Assembly: GCA_023270155.1 (NCBI GenBank)
Contig: JAGLTB010000040.1
Coordinates: 5,644-69,643, forward strand
Origin: Candidatus Heimdallarchaeota archaeon
GTDB taxonomy: Archaea; Asgardarchaeota; Heimdallarchaeia; Heimdallarchaeales; Heimdallarchaeaceae
Direction: 5' to 3'
DNA: 64,000 nucleotides
In this document: in pieces, positions 9,522 to 19,334 of the stretch
How the letters are laid out: each line of letters opens with the position of its first letter
How positions within the stretch are numbered: the first letter of the stretch is position 1
The notes under the pieces: model-generated
Told to the model about the DNA's origin: nothing
Seen by the model: the letters and a program-made list of their open reading frames with translations, nothing else
The model's database searches: none
Program-made: the position numbers and the translations under genes

Positions 9522-10349
9522 TTGAACTCTATCCCTATTCTGACACTGATGAGCATAGTCAAGGACTTAATCAAAAATCTACCAAAGGAACTACAACAAA
9601 TTATAGAAGATTACATGTGGGAGAAGAATACAATGGGGTGGTCAGGAACAAAAGTGTTCAAACTTACTCAAGATAAAGAAATTTTGTATTTAAAAATAAA
9701 TGAACCAACATCTGATTTCAATCTGGAAAAAGAAAAAATAATTCTGGAATGGCTTGCAGGAAAATTACCTGTGCCAGAAGTGATATACTTTGAAAAGAAA
9801 AATAATACAGAGTATCTTCTATTGTCAGAAATAAGAGGAATAGTTTCGCACAAAACTAGCAAAGACGAAGAGAAACGAAAAAACATAACTATTCTAGCTG
9901 AGGGATTGAAAAAGATACATTCGATTAACCCTAGTGAGTGTCCAATTGATAATAATCCAGATAAATTAATTGAACTAGCTAGAGCCAGATTGAAGAAGGG
10001 TAAAATTGATTCCAGTAAGTTTGACAAGAGATGGTCAGATAAGAATCCAGAACAGTTATTTGAAGAACTAGAGAAAATTAAACCGAAAGAATATGATCTT
10101 GTTTTTTCACATGGAGATTACTGTCTTCCCAATGTTCTTGTGAAAAAAAATCAATTAAGCGGAATAATCGATTGGCCCTACAGTGGCATAAATGAAAGAT
10201 ATTTTGATCTTGGAGCTGTAACCTGGAGTATAGGATACAATTATGGTGAAGAATGGGTTAAATTCTTCTTTGAGGATTATGGCATTGAGGATATAGATTG
10301 GGAAAAAATATTCTTCTTCCAAATGTTGAATGAATTTTTCCAACAATAA
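9522..10349 (+). CDS. aminoglycoside/choline-kinase-like phosphotransferase (APH family)
   Basis: Brenner motif HGDYCLPNVLV and DWPYSGINERYFDLG, typical of the APH/ChoK fold. Confidence 0.6.
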   Translation: MNSIPILTLMSIVKDLIKNLPKELQQIIEDYMWEKNTMGWSGTKVFKLTQDKEILYLKINEPTSDFNLEKEKIILEWLAGKLPVPEVIYFEKKNNTEYLLLSEIRGIVSHKTSKDEEKRKNITILAEGLKKIHSINPSECPIDNNPDKLIELARARLKKGKIDSSKFDKRWSDKNPEQLFEELEKIKPKEYDLVFSHGDYCLPNVLVKKNQLSGIIDWPYSGINERYFDLGAVTWSIGYNYGEEWVKFFFEDYGIEDIDWEKIFFFQMLNEFFQQ

Positions 10350-10397
10350 TTTTATGGCAGACCATTAGATTTATTTCTTCAAGTTTTAATTTAGCGT

Positions 10398-12014
10398 ATG
10401 AGTTTGCGATTTAATTCTTATCGATCCCCAATCTATGGAAAAAGAGGGATGGTAGCTTCGAGTCAGCCTTTGGCTTCAGAAGCAGGAATGAGAATTCTTC
10501 AACAGGGAGGAAATGCAGCAGATGCTGCAGTTGCTACTGCTGCGGCCTTGAATGTAACTGAACCTTGTTCTACAGGTATCGGTGGAGATTGTTTCTGTTT
10601 GTTCTTCGATAATAAAACTAAAACAGTTTCTGGTCTCAATGCAAGTGGTCGCGCCCCCGCTGAGCTCAATCTAGAGTTTCTTGCAGAGCAAGGGATAACT
10701 GGTTCTTCTTTACCGCCCTTAAGCATTCATACAATAACAGTTCCAGGAGCTGCTGCTGGGTGGGTTGATACTATAGAAAAATTTGGAACACTTGATCTTA
10801 AGACAATTTTGACCCCAGCTATTGAATTAGCAGAGGGAGGATTTCCAGTTGCACCATTTACTGCTAGAGCTTGGAACAGAAGTACAAGGATATTGAAGAC
10901 AGGTCCTAACGCTGAAGAAATGTTACTGAATGGCGAAGCACCAAAAGTAGGAGAGATTATGAAAAATCCAACACTCGCACAAACTTTCAGAGAACTTGCT
11001 GAACATGGAAAAGCTGGATTTTATGAGGGAAGAATTGCAGAAGCAATTATTGATTTAATTCATTCTAAAGCAGGTGTTATGTCGACAGAGGATTTAAAGA
11101 ATCATCACAGCACATTTGATGATCCTATATCTACAAATTATCGAGGAGTAGAGGTTTATGAAATTCCTCCAAACGGACAAGGAATTACTGCTCTTATTGC
11201 TCTTAACATTCTAGAAGAGTTTGAGATAAGTAAAATGGAGCACTCTTCAGTTGAGTATCTGCACGTTATGATCGAAGCTATGAGAATAGCTTTTGCAGAT
11301 ACACGTTGGTATGTAGCTGATCCAGCAGTCGTAAATGTTCCAATAACGGAATTAATATCAAAACAATACGCAGCTCAGAGAAGGGAGTTAATAGATTTAA
11401 CAAAGGCAACCATTGATGTTCAACGAGGATCACCAACGACTAGTTCAGATACGGTTTACTTTTCTGTAGCTGATGGTGAAGGAAACGCTTGTAGTTTTAT
11501 TAATTCAAATTATATGGGATTTGGTACTGGTTTGATACCCAAGGGATGTGGATTTACATTACAGAATCGTGGAGCAAACTTCACTCTTGAAGAAGGACAT
11601 CCCAATGTTTTAGCACCAAAAAAGAGACCTTATCATACAATTATTCCTGGTATGGCTACAAAAGATGATGAGCTCTATGCGAGTTTTGGTGTAATGGGAG
11701 GCTTCAATCAACCTCAAGGTCACGCTCAGGTTGTAAGTAACATGATTGATTTTGAAATGAATCCACAGGAAGCTCTTAATGCACCAAGATTCAGTATTCG
11801 AGATGGAACAAGTGGAGGGAAAGTAGCTTTGGAAGAAGGCATAAGTTCTGCAACTATGAGCATCTTAAGTAATATGGGGCATGAAATCATTCCAACCTCA
11901 GGTGTATCCAGAATGATTTTTGGAAGAGGTCAAATTATAACTCGCAACCCAAAAAATGGTGTCCTATGTGGTGGTTCAAGCCCTAGAGCAGATGGAATAG
12001 CTATAGGATGGTAA
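10398..12014 (+). CDS. ggt: gamma-glutamyltranspeptidase
   Basis: 538 aa. Autoprocessing nucleophile region SDTVYFSVADGEGNA and an N-terminal RGMVASSQPLASEAG motif are conserved as in GGT. Confidence 0.8.
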   Translation: MSLRFNSYRSPIYGKRGMVASSQPLASEAGMRILQQGGNAADAAVATAAALNVTEPCSTGIGGDCFCLFFDNKTKTVSGLNASGRAPAELNLEFLAEQGITGSSLPPLSIHTITVPGAAAGWVDTIEKFGTLDLKTILTPAIELAEGGFPVAPFTARAWNRSTRILKTGPNAEEMLLNGEAPKVGEIMKNPTLAQTFRELAEHGKAGFYEGRIAEAIIDLIHSKAGVMSTEDLKNHHSTFDDPISTNYRGVEVYEIPPNGQGITALIALNILEEFEISKMEHSSVEYLHVMIEAMRIAFADTRWYVADPAVVNVPITELISKQYAAQRRELIDLTKATIDVQRGSPTTSSDTVYFSVADGEGNACSFINSNYMGFGTGLIPKGCGFTLQNRGANFTLEEGHPNVLAPKKRPYHTIIPGMATKDDELYASFGVMGGFNQPQGHAQVVSNMIDFEMNPQEALNAPRFSIRDGTSGGKVALEEGISSATMSILSNMGHEIIPTSGVSRMIFGRGQIITRNPKNGVLCGGSSPRADGIAIGW

Positions 12015-12019
12015 ACCTG

Positions 12020-13453
12020 CTAGTTTGAAAAAACCAAGGATTTTACAACTACAGGAACTACTTGCCCCCCAGCTTTTGGTACATCAATATCAATAAAGTC
12101 TCCCTCTTCAACCAATATCTCATCTATAGAGATTATATGCTTCGTAGCATTTGTTTCTCTCATCATCACATTTCCAACAGAATTACCTACATCCCTATCG
12201 AAAACCATGATAACGGGTTTCTCTTTTCTTATTGTGTTTTGTAAAGCACTAGCAACGCCCTTGGTGAAAGTAGTTAATCCTGCATAAGATCCACCTATTG
12301 CACCTTTGAATAAGAGAGCTACAATTTCATCTCCTTCTACAACATCAAACAAATCTAGACTCTTTAATATTGCATTTGTGACATTCTTTTCAGTGATTTC
12401 CTTAGTGTTAATTTTTGGTTCAATTACAGGTATGTTATGTAAAGGTAAAACATCTGAATCAGATACATGGGTAGTAACTCCTGACACTTGTAAAGTATAC
12501 TGCCCAGCTCCAATGACTGTCGCGCGGATTAATTCAGTTGGCTCATGAATCTTGATCTTTGTTTCTTTAATTATTCTTTGAATTTCCTCACTAAGATATT
12601 TACCCAAATCCTTGTAATCATAATCATTTTTTTGGTAAATATATTCAGCTACTCCCCCTGAGAACATAAATTCATCTACTTCTCCCTCATAATCTAATGG
12701 ATTAGTCATTAAAAGCTTCTTTGCTGAATCAGAATGAATTTTCTGATTCAAAACTTCAAACAAACTCTCAGCAAGTTTTCTAGCTAGTATTCTTTTTTGA
12801 ACTTCAGAGATTTTTAAGTCATAATCAAACTTTATTCCAATATCGTCTTCAAAAATCCTAATTGGGGATTCTATTCGTACTATCTTGTCCTCTTGATCAA
12901 AAGCTAATAATCTCCCACCAACATTGACACAAGCAGCATCAACTATTTCCCCATCCTTAACAATGGCAATATTGCTTGTTCCTCCACCTATGTCTATGTT
13001 CATAACTGTCTTCATTTCGTTCTTTGAATAATTCACTGCACCAGAGCCCATAGCTGCTATAACTGACTCAAAGTTAGGACCAGCTGCTGCACAAACAAAT
13101 TTTCCTGCCTTGTGTGCTAAAGCTTTAACTAGGTCTTCTGCATTTTCTTTTTTTGCGCTCTCACCTGTTATAATAACAGCACCAGTATCAATATCTTCTA
13201 TTGAGATTTGTGCAGTTTGATATTCTTGTTTCAGGAATTCGACCAATTTCAAATAATCGATAACTTGGCCATCTAGCAATGGGGTCAAAATTATATTTCC
13301 TTTGTAGAGAATCTCTCTTTCCGTTACTTCGAATTTCACTCCTCGAGGAGTAAATACTTTTTCTAACTTAAGTTTCGAGAAAATTAGATGAGAAGTTGTT
13401 GTTCCTACATCAATACCAGCGCTAACTAAGTTTAGAACATGTTCATTATTCAT
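12020..13453 (-). CDS. eutA: EutA-family ASKHA ATPase (ethanolamine ammonia-lyase reactivase-like), orphan
   Basis: Strong motif-level similarity to E. coli EutA: GIDVGTTTSHLIFS, GAVIITGESAK, NIDIGGGTSNIAIV, RATVIGAGQYTL and a C-terminal VVPVVVKSLVF. No eutB or eutC is present in the window. Confidence 0.7.
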   Translation of the reverse strand: MNNEHVLNLVSAGIDVGTTTSHLIFSKLKLEKVFTPRGVKFEVTEREILYKGNIILTPLLDGQVIDYLKLVEFLKQEYQTAQISIEDIDTGAVIITGESAKKENAEDLVKALAHKAGKFVCAAAGPNFESVIAAMGSGAVNYSKNEMKTVMNIDIGGGTSNIAIVKDGEIVDAACVNVGGRLLAFDQEDKIVRIESPIRIFEDDIGIKFDYDLKISEVQKRILARKLAESLFEVLNQKIHSDSAKKLLMTNPLDYEGEVDEFMFSGGVAEYIYQKNDYDYKDLGKYLSEEIQRIIKETKIKIHEPTELIRATVIGAGQYTLQVSGVTTHVSDSDVLPLHNIPVIEPKINTKEITEKNVTNAILKSLDLFDVVEGDEIVALLFKGAIGGSYAGLTTFTKGVASALQNTIRKEKPVIMVFDRDVGNSVGNVMMRETNATKHIISIDEILVEEGDFIDIDVPKAGGQVVPVVVKSLVFSN

Positions 13454-13591
13454 TAGCTCTCCTCAAAGGATTAAATTTTCCACTATAAAAACATCTTAAA
13501 GCATTTTGGTTGAAGCATTTTTTTAAACGTAAATTGATTATTAAGAGAAAAGGTTTAAAATGTTTATTGTTTTATAGACACGTGTATCATT

Positions 13592-14599
13592 ATGGTCTCG
13601 CAAAGTACTGAATCACAAAAGCAAACTGCTCAATCCACAGATATGCGTCCTCGTTCATTTGGGGAAGTGTGGAAAAACTGGTTTTTAGCTACTTTAAAAT
13701 TCATTGGGAATAAAATTCATTCACCATTTGGAATATTTATTCTCGTTACATGGTTAGTAAGTATTTTGACTATGTGTATAACTAATTCGTTGAGAGGGGC
13801 AAGTTTCTTTGAGGGACCAAGGTACTGGACGGAAGTTTTTCTTACTTATGGACTGAATTCTAATCAAAATCCCGCTCAAAGATTTATTGCTAAACCTTTT
13901 GTAATTTGGTTTTTCGCACCCATGGTTGCGCTATTCTTAGGGTTTACACTCTATATGCTTACTGATAGTGGATTCTTCAAAAACGGAGCAGATCCTATTT
14001 CAGAGATTGCTTTTAATCAAAAACATAGATTCTACAATGTACCAGATATTTGGGGTTCAAATGTTCACATAAATGGATCTCCAATTTTACTTAATGATCC
14101 AAGTCCAAAAGGAACACAGACTTACTTCTGGATTGTTTGGATACCGATCTTACTGGGTGCTTTTATAACAGCTGTTTACAATTTCATAGTATTCAAGAAA
14201 ATGAAGAAAACAAAATATCTACCAAAAGCAGGTAAATTCTTGGTTGCAGTTTTTGTGGGATGCATAATTGTAGGAACAGCTTTAGCCCTGATGACTGGTG
14301 ACATCGAATTAAGGTTTACTGAATTATTATATTCTCTATTCGTTGAAAGAGTAACGAATAACTTCTTCGAATATGGTTTTGAATATGGATTGCAGGGGCA
14401 ATACCATCCCACTGGAACTTCTTTCACGATGTGGTTGATGTTTTTGATTCCATTCTTACTTGTTTATGGCTTCTTCATAATAATAGGAAATCTTGATAAT
14501 ATATGGAAGAACATAGATTTCCCAGTTAGAAAGGTCAGAGAGTTTATCGTATCACGACAAGAACCAGAGTTGGTGTTTGAAGAAACCTCTGAAAACTAA
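13592..14599 (+). CDS. polytopic membrane protein, hypothetical
   Basis: 335 aa with about 6-7 hydrophobic helices. Located upstream of the ABC ATPase gene and could be its permease. Confidence 0.4.
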   Translation: MVSQSTESQKQTAQSTDMRPRSFGEVWKNWFLATLKFIGNKIHSPFGIFILVTWLVSILTMCITNSLRGASFFEGPRYWTEVFLTYGLNSNQNPAQRFIAKPFVIWFFAPMVALFLGFTLYMLTDSGFFKNGADPISEIAFNQKHRFYNVPDIWGSNVHINGSPILLNDPSPKGTQTYFWIVWIPILLGAFITAVYNFIVFKKMKKTKYLPKAGKFLVAVFVGCIIVGTALALMTGDIELRFTELLYSLFVERVTNNFFEYGFEYGLQGQYHPTGTSFTMWLMFLIPFLLVYGFFIIIGNLDNIWKNIDFPVRKVREFIVSRQEPELVFEETSEN

Positions 14600-14745
14600 A
14601 AAGATAGTTCGTCAATAGACAAAATATCTATTTTCTTTTCTTTCTATTTCAAATTATTCACCATTAGAACTGTTAGTAAGTCAGGTAATTGATAAATTTT
14701 AACAAGATAAACAATCTTATTAGTGCTTAAAAGGAGATTTTTCTG

Positions 14746-15774
14746 ATGCCTTCAGATATCAATATTCCATCAGGACATGCTACATCAAGTATTGATTTCG
14801 ATTCATTACCCATTTTAGAAGTTGAAGACATCATTAAGATTTATAAGACTGGAAAAATAGAAACCCAAGCATTGAGAGGGATTTCTTTCAAAGTGTTACC
14901 GGGAGAAAAACTATTCTTGATAGGTCCAAGTGGTTCCGGGAAAACAACCTTAGTTTCCATAATAGCAGGGATGGTGAAACCTACATCTGGAAAAGTATTC
15001 TGGAAAGATTTAGCAAAGGATATCACAAGATCATCACTTGAAGAAATTATTAAAGCAAGACGGGATTTTGCAGGTGTAATATTTCAAGACAGCAGACTTC
15101 TACCACACCTGACAGTAGAGGAAAATATTGAATTAGCAGGACATTATGCAAAAGTTCAATCTCACATAATAGAAGAAAGAACTGAATTCCTTCTACAATT
15201 CTTAGGTATATGGGAAAAGAGGGATAAAAAACAAAACACACTTTCTGGTGGAGAGAGAAAACGGGCAGCTATTGCTACAACATTAATCACTAATCCAACA
15301 ATAATAATTGGAGATGAACCTACAGGAGATCTTGATGTAATAACTGCTGAGAGTATTCTCGATTTATTTGATAAAATTAATGAAGAATTAGGAATTGCTA
15401 TATGTATCGTCACACACTCTCAACAAGTTGCTACAAGAGCTAACAGAATTTTGGAACTGAAGGATGGTATTGTCCTAGGAGAACATAGTAATCAAATACA
15501 TTTAAGAAAATTGGACAAGAGTAGATTATTGGCTGTGGACAGACAAAGCAGGTTAGCAATTCCGAAATCAATTTTGCAAGAAATAGATAATCCAAAACAT
15601 TTCTCAATTTCAATTGAAAATAAAAACATTGTACTGAAGCCTATAACAAACACAAATCTCTACAACAATAATAAACCAACTAGAACATGCATGATCTGTG
15701 GAAATTTAGAGAAAACCAAATCAAATTTCTGCTCTAATTGTGGAGCAGTAATCACACAAGATAGTGAAAACTAA
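14746..15774 (+). CDS. ABC transporter ATP-binding protein (LolD/MacB-like) with C-terminal AbrB/SpoVT-like swapped-hairpin domain and zinc ribbon
   Basis: Walker A GPSGSGKTT, signature LSGGERKRAAIA and Walker B IIGDEPTGDLD. C-terminal RLAIPKSILQEI..IVLKP matches the SpoVT_AbrB pattern, followed by CMICGN..CSNCG. Confidence 0.75.
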   Translation: MPSDINIPSGHATSSIDFDSLPILEVEDIIKIYKTGKIETQALRGISFKVLPGEKLFLIGPSGSGKTTLVSIIAGMVKPTSGKVFWKDLAKDITRSSLEEIIKARRDFAGVIFQDSRLLPHLTVEENIELAGHYAKVQSHIIEERTEFLLQFLGIWEKRDKKQNTLSGGERKRAAIATTLITNPTIIIGDEPTGDLDVITAESILDLFDKINEELGIAICIVTHSQQVATRANRILELKDGIVLGEHSNQIHLRKLDKSRLLAVDRQSRLAIPKSILQEIDNPKHFSISIENKNIVLKPITNTNLYNNNKPTRTCMICGNLEKTKSNFCSNCGAVITQDSEN

Positions 15775-16223
15775 TGGATGAACCAGAAAAGAAATGGCAA
15801 AACAAAGAAGTAGACACTATCGAATTCGAAGAGGAGAAGGAGAAAAAGGAAATTCGTGTAAATTGGCCACGAATTGTTTTCCTAGGTTTTATTACCTCTC
15901 TAGTATTTGTGATAATTGATGTGATAGCTGGATTAATTATCCATTTTGGTTTTGGCCAAGACATGTTTTATATTATCTATTTTATGCAATATTTTGCTTT
16001 TGGAGAGGCAGGTTTAGTAGTTTTCCTAGGGGCATGCATGGGGAATTTTGGTCAATCAGTTGCAGTTTCAAATTTAAAGGAAAAAATAGTTGGTTCTGAT
16101 CCGATTAGTAAAAATAGTATTCGCGAAGCCACTTTCAATGCTTTCACCTACTATTCTGCAGGAGCATTATTGCTTCTCTACACTACAATCTTGTGGAGAG
16201 TATGGACACTGATTTATGGTTAA
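15774..16223 (+). CDS. small 4-TM membrane protein, translationally coupled to the ABC ATPase
   Basis: Its ATG overlaps the upstream TAA (TAATG). 149 aa with a Glu/Lys-rich N-terminus followed by hydrophobic helices. Confidence 0.4.
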   Translation: MDEPEKKWQNKEVDTIEFEEEKEKKEIRVNWPRIVFLGFITSLVFVIIDVIAGLIIHFGFGQDMFYIIYFMQYFAFGEAGLVVFLGACMGNFGQSVAVSNLKEKIVGSDPISKNSIREATFNAFTYYSAGALLLLYTTILWRVWTLIYG

Positions 16224-16275
16224 TTTCAGAAAAAACAATAGCAGTCACATTAAATTAAATTTGAATGATTACCCT

Positions 16276-19251
16276 TCAAGAAGAAGGAGACAGTAGAGTT
16301 AATTTCGTTTTGCAATAAGGACATCGTTCTTTTTCTTTAATCCAAGCTTTCAGATGGTTAAAATGAAAAATATGTTCACAAAGAGGACATTCGATACCAT
16401 TTTCATAAACAGGTTCTAGACAGATGAGACATTCATTTGAGGTTTCTTTCTCTTTCAATTTTGCTATGCCAACTTCTTTCGCTTTTTTGTGAATTCTATC
16501 TGCGATTATTATACTTTCTTGCATAGCAGGTTTCTTTGATTCAGCTTTTTGTTTAATAGCTCCTATTATTTTAGCTTTGTTTTGAAGATAGTTTATGTAA
16601 TTGCTTAAAGTTCCTTTACTGATATCTGAATCTCCAACAACTATGAGTTTTTTCTTTGCTCGAGTAATAGCAACGTTTAACCTACGATTATCTGCAAAAC
16701 CTTTGTTACCATGAAATTCAGATTCTGTTAATGAGAGAATTATAACTTCACGATCACTTCCTTGGAACCTATCTACTGTGTCCACTGTAATAGCTGATGG
16801 TAGATTCCTTCTAATCTCACTAACTTGACCTCTGTATGGACATATTATACCAAGTTGTTCTTCTTTCAATCCTAATTTCTGAAGGTTTGGAACAATTTCG
16901 CCTATTATTTTCGCTTCTTCCTTGTTTAATTTTTTATCATGCATAAAAGCACCTTTAGTAGGAAGAAAGATCAACGGATTTTCTGGATTGTAGATCTCAG
17001 CATCTTTGAAAGTTCCAAATGTCTCCTTGAAATTAGTTAAGTTTGATAGAGATTGTGATTTGACTTCTTCATCAAAGGATTCTAATTTTCCATCATAAAA
17101 TTCGTTGTTTGAAAATTCAATTAGTTTTTCATTCATTCTGAATTGTCTCGTTAGAAGATGTATATCTTCAGAATATACTTTTGCTAATCTTTCAAATATT
17201 GAAATCCCTAATCCTTCTTGTAACACCTTCGGGTTTTGAATTACAGGAGGGAGTTGCTTATGATCACCAACAAGAACAAATCTATCTCCTTCAATCAGCG
17301 CAGATAGAACTGTTGTTTCAGTCATTTGACTGGCTTCATCGATAATTACAGTTTGAATACCCATCTTCTCAAACACAGGGTTTGAAATCGAGGAAGTTGT
17401 TGATATTATAATTGGAATATCCTGAAGAATCTTTGTTGTGGATTTATCTACATTCCTTTCCTTATATGCTTTCAGAGTATAGTTGTGAATTTCTGATTGA
17501 ATAGAGTGAGTTCCTCCAAGCCTTACAAAACCACTATAACCATTTTCCAGTAAATATTTACAAATATTATCAACCGCTCTATTTGTGAATGCAGTAAGTA
17601 ATACTTTTTCACCATTGTTTGCAAGAGTAATAGCTGCTTTTGCTATTACATAGGTTTTTCCTGTTCCCGCGGGTCCTTGAATAAGACAGTAATTTTGAGT
17701 CCCCAATATTCTTTCAATTGCTTGATTCTGAATTTGATTATTAGAGATATAATCTCCTTTCACATGTTTAATATCTGGAGGTTTTTCTTCAATTACATAT
17801 TCTTTATACTTGTTTTTTCGAAATACAAGATTAAAAAGGCCTCTTTGTTGTCTTCTGAAACCAACGTCAATAGAATATTGATCCACAACTGTAATTTTTT
17901 CTGACATTGAACGTGTAATAATCTCAATAGAAGTACCACTAATGGAAGACACTACTCCCGTCACTATAGATCCCTTGAGAATATCCCCTTGACTAAGAAC
18001 AACAATATCTCCCTCACGCAATTCAGATTTATTATTGCATGAAAATAGTAAGCGAGTATGTCCTATTTCTTTGGTTTCATTTTCTAAAACTAAATTTTCA
18101 ATCGATTTACCTTTAGCAACTCTTTGTTCGACTTTTAGCTTCCACAAATCAGAGAAATTCCTACGAGATTCGTTTTTCTCCTCCCTTATCCAACGAGTAT
18201 ATCGGTTGAAGTAGTCCTGATGAGATTTCGGTAGTTCTTTTTTTGTACAATATGATTCATGATGACATGTAGAACAGTTACGTTCTTGGTTCAAGCCTGC
18301 ACACACAATCGCACAATAATGTTTCGTGAAGCAATTTCTGCACTTGTTTTTATCTTTGGGAGGAAGAATTTTTGGTTCATATCCCAAATAAGAAACTCTG
18401 TATGCGGTGTTTCTCTGATTCATTGCATATCGTAACAAACCCCAATTTGGTTGAGCTTTCTTCTCCACAACCTTTTTTGTACCTACATAGATTACTGTTC
18501 CCTCATTTGGTTTAGTTTGCTCAGTAAAATTTTCTAGACCATAACGATATGCTGTTACTTGTAGTAAATCTGAAAACCGCAATTCCTTATCTTCTGTTAG
18601 TTTTGCTGTTTTTAATTCAAATATATGGTCATTATGCAGAATATCTATTCTTCCCCTAATCCCATAAAAGGGGGATAAAAATAATATTTCAGGTATAGTC
18701 TGGCCTTTCAAATTCTCAACAAATGGATCAAGACATTCAACCATTTCTCGAACATCCTGATAAACTGCTTCTTTAGTATATCCAATATTCTCATATTGCA
18801 GTGAAAAAGCATCCAGTACAGCAGAAAGTTCCTCAGATGGTTTGGAGTTACTAACAAGGGCAGCATTTAAACAATCATGAACAATTGAACCCCTTATAGC
18901 TACGTAAGGAGAAGGTAATTCACCAATAATTTCATTCAGATAATAACTTCGAGGACAAAAGGAGACATTATTTATTGCAGTTGCATTGATCAAGATATCA
19001 GGATCCACAACAAATATTGATTTTGATCCAACTGAATAGAAGGTAGTATCATCCTTTTCTTTCTTTTCTGTGTTAAAAACTCTAAAAGAAGTGTAGGGTT
19101 GTATATAATCACTTACATCATGCCAAGGTGACCATAGATTTATCACAATATTTTCTTTCTCGATTGCAGCTAAAATTGTTGAACGAGGATTGTCACCGTT
19201 AGAACTTGAAAGAGTTTTGATATATACACCTGTTAAGTCAACCATTGTCAT
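16276..19251 (-). CDS. Dna2-like nuclease-helicase (Cas4/RecB-type Fe-S PD-(D/E)xK nuclease, Upf1-like SF1B helicase) with C-terminal RING/PHD-like zinc finger
   Basis: Nuclease region: CPRSYYL, D..ELK and the Cys cluster CRNCFTKHYC..C. Helicase region: GPAGTGKT, DEASQ, VGDHKQLPP, QFRMN and VDRFQGSDREV. C-terminus: CLIC-x10-CPLCEHIFHFNH-x10-CPYC. Confidence 0.75.
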   Translation of the reverse strand: MTMVDLTGVYIKTLSSSNGDNPRSTILAAIEKENIVINLWSPWHDVSDYIQPYTSFRVFNTEKKEKDDTTFYSVGSKSIFVVDPDILINATAINNVSFCPRSYYLNEIIGELPSPYVAIRGSIVHDCLNAALVSNSKPSEELSAVLDAFSLQYENIGYTKEAVYQDVREMVECLDPFVENLKGQTIPEILFLSPFYGIRGRIDILHNDHIFELKTAKLTEDKELRFSDLLQVTAYRYGLENFTEQTKPNEGTVIYVGTKKVVEKKAQPNWGLLRYAMNQRNTAYRVSYLGYEPKILPPKDKNKCRNCFTKHYCAIVCAGLNQERNCSTCHHESYCTKKELPKSHQDYFNRYTRWIREEKNESRRNFSDLWKLKVEQRVAKGKSIENLVLENETKEIGHTRLLFSCNNKSELREGDIVVLSQGDILKGSIVTGVVSSISGTSIEIITRSMSEKITVVDQYSIDVGFRRQQRGLFNLVFRKNKYKEYVIEEKPPDIKHVKGDYISNNQIQNQAIERILGTQNYCLIQGPAGTGKTYVIAKAAITLANNGEKVLLTAFTNRAVDNICKYLLENGYSGFVRLGGTHSIQSEIHNYTLKAYKERNVDKSTTKILQDIPIIISTTSSISNPVFEKMGIQTVIIDEASQMTETTVLSALIEGDRFVLVGDHKQLPPVIQNPKVLQEGLGISIFERLAKVYSEDIHLLTRQFRMNEKLIEFSNNEFYDGKLESFDEEVKSQSLSNLTNFKETFGTFKDAEIYNPENPLIFLPTKGAFMHDKKLNKEEAKIIGEIVPNLQKLGLKEEQLGIICPYRGQVSEIRRNLPSAITVDTVDRFQGSDREVIILSLTESEFHGNKGFADNRRLNVAITRAKKKLIVVGDSDISKGTLSNYINYLQNKAKIIGAIKQKAESKKPAMQESIIIADRIHKKAKEVGIAKLKEKETSNECLICLEPVYENGIECPLCEHIFHFNHLKAWIKEKERCPYCKTKLTLLSPSS

Positions 19252-19334
19252 TTTACAAACGAGAGTTTAGTAAATAAAGATGTTGCAGCTTTTGATAAGA
19301 GTCAATCCTTATTAGGGTTGAAGAGAAAAATTCA

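Noticed and set aside
12062-12548. Plus-strand ORFs of 60 and 80 aa inside the EutA-like gene
   Set aside because: They are antisense to a strongly supported CDS and have no motifs.
17677-17904. 75-aa plus-strand ORF
   Set aside because: It is antisense within the Dna2-like helicase domain. It is a hydrophobic low-complexity shadow ORF.
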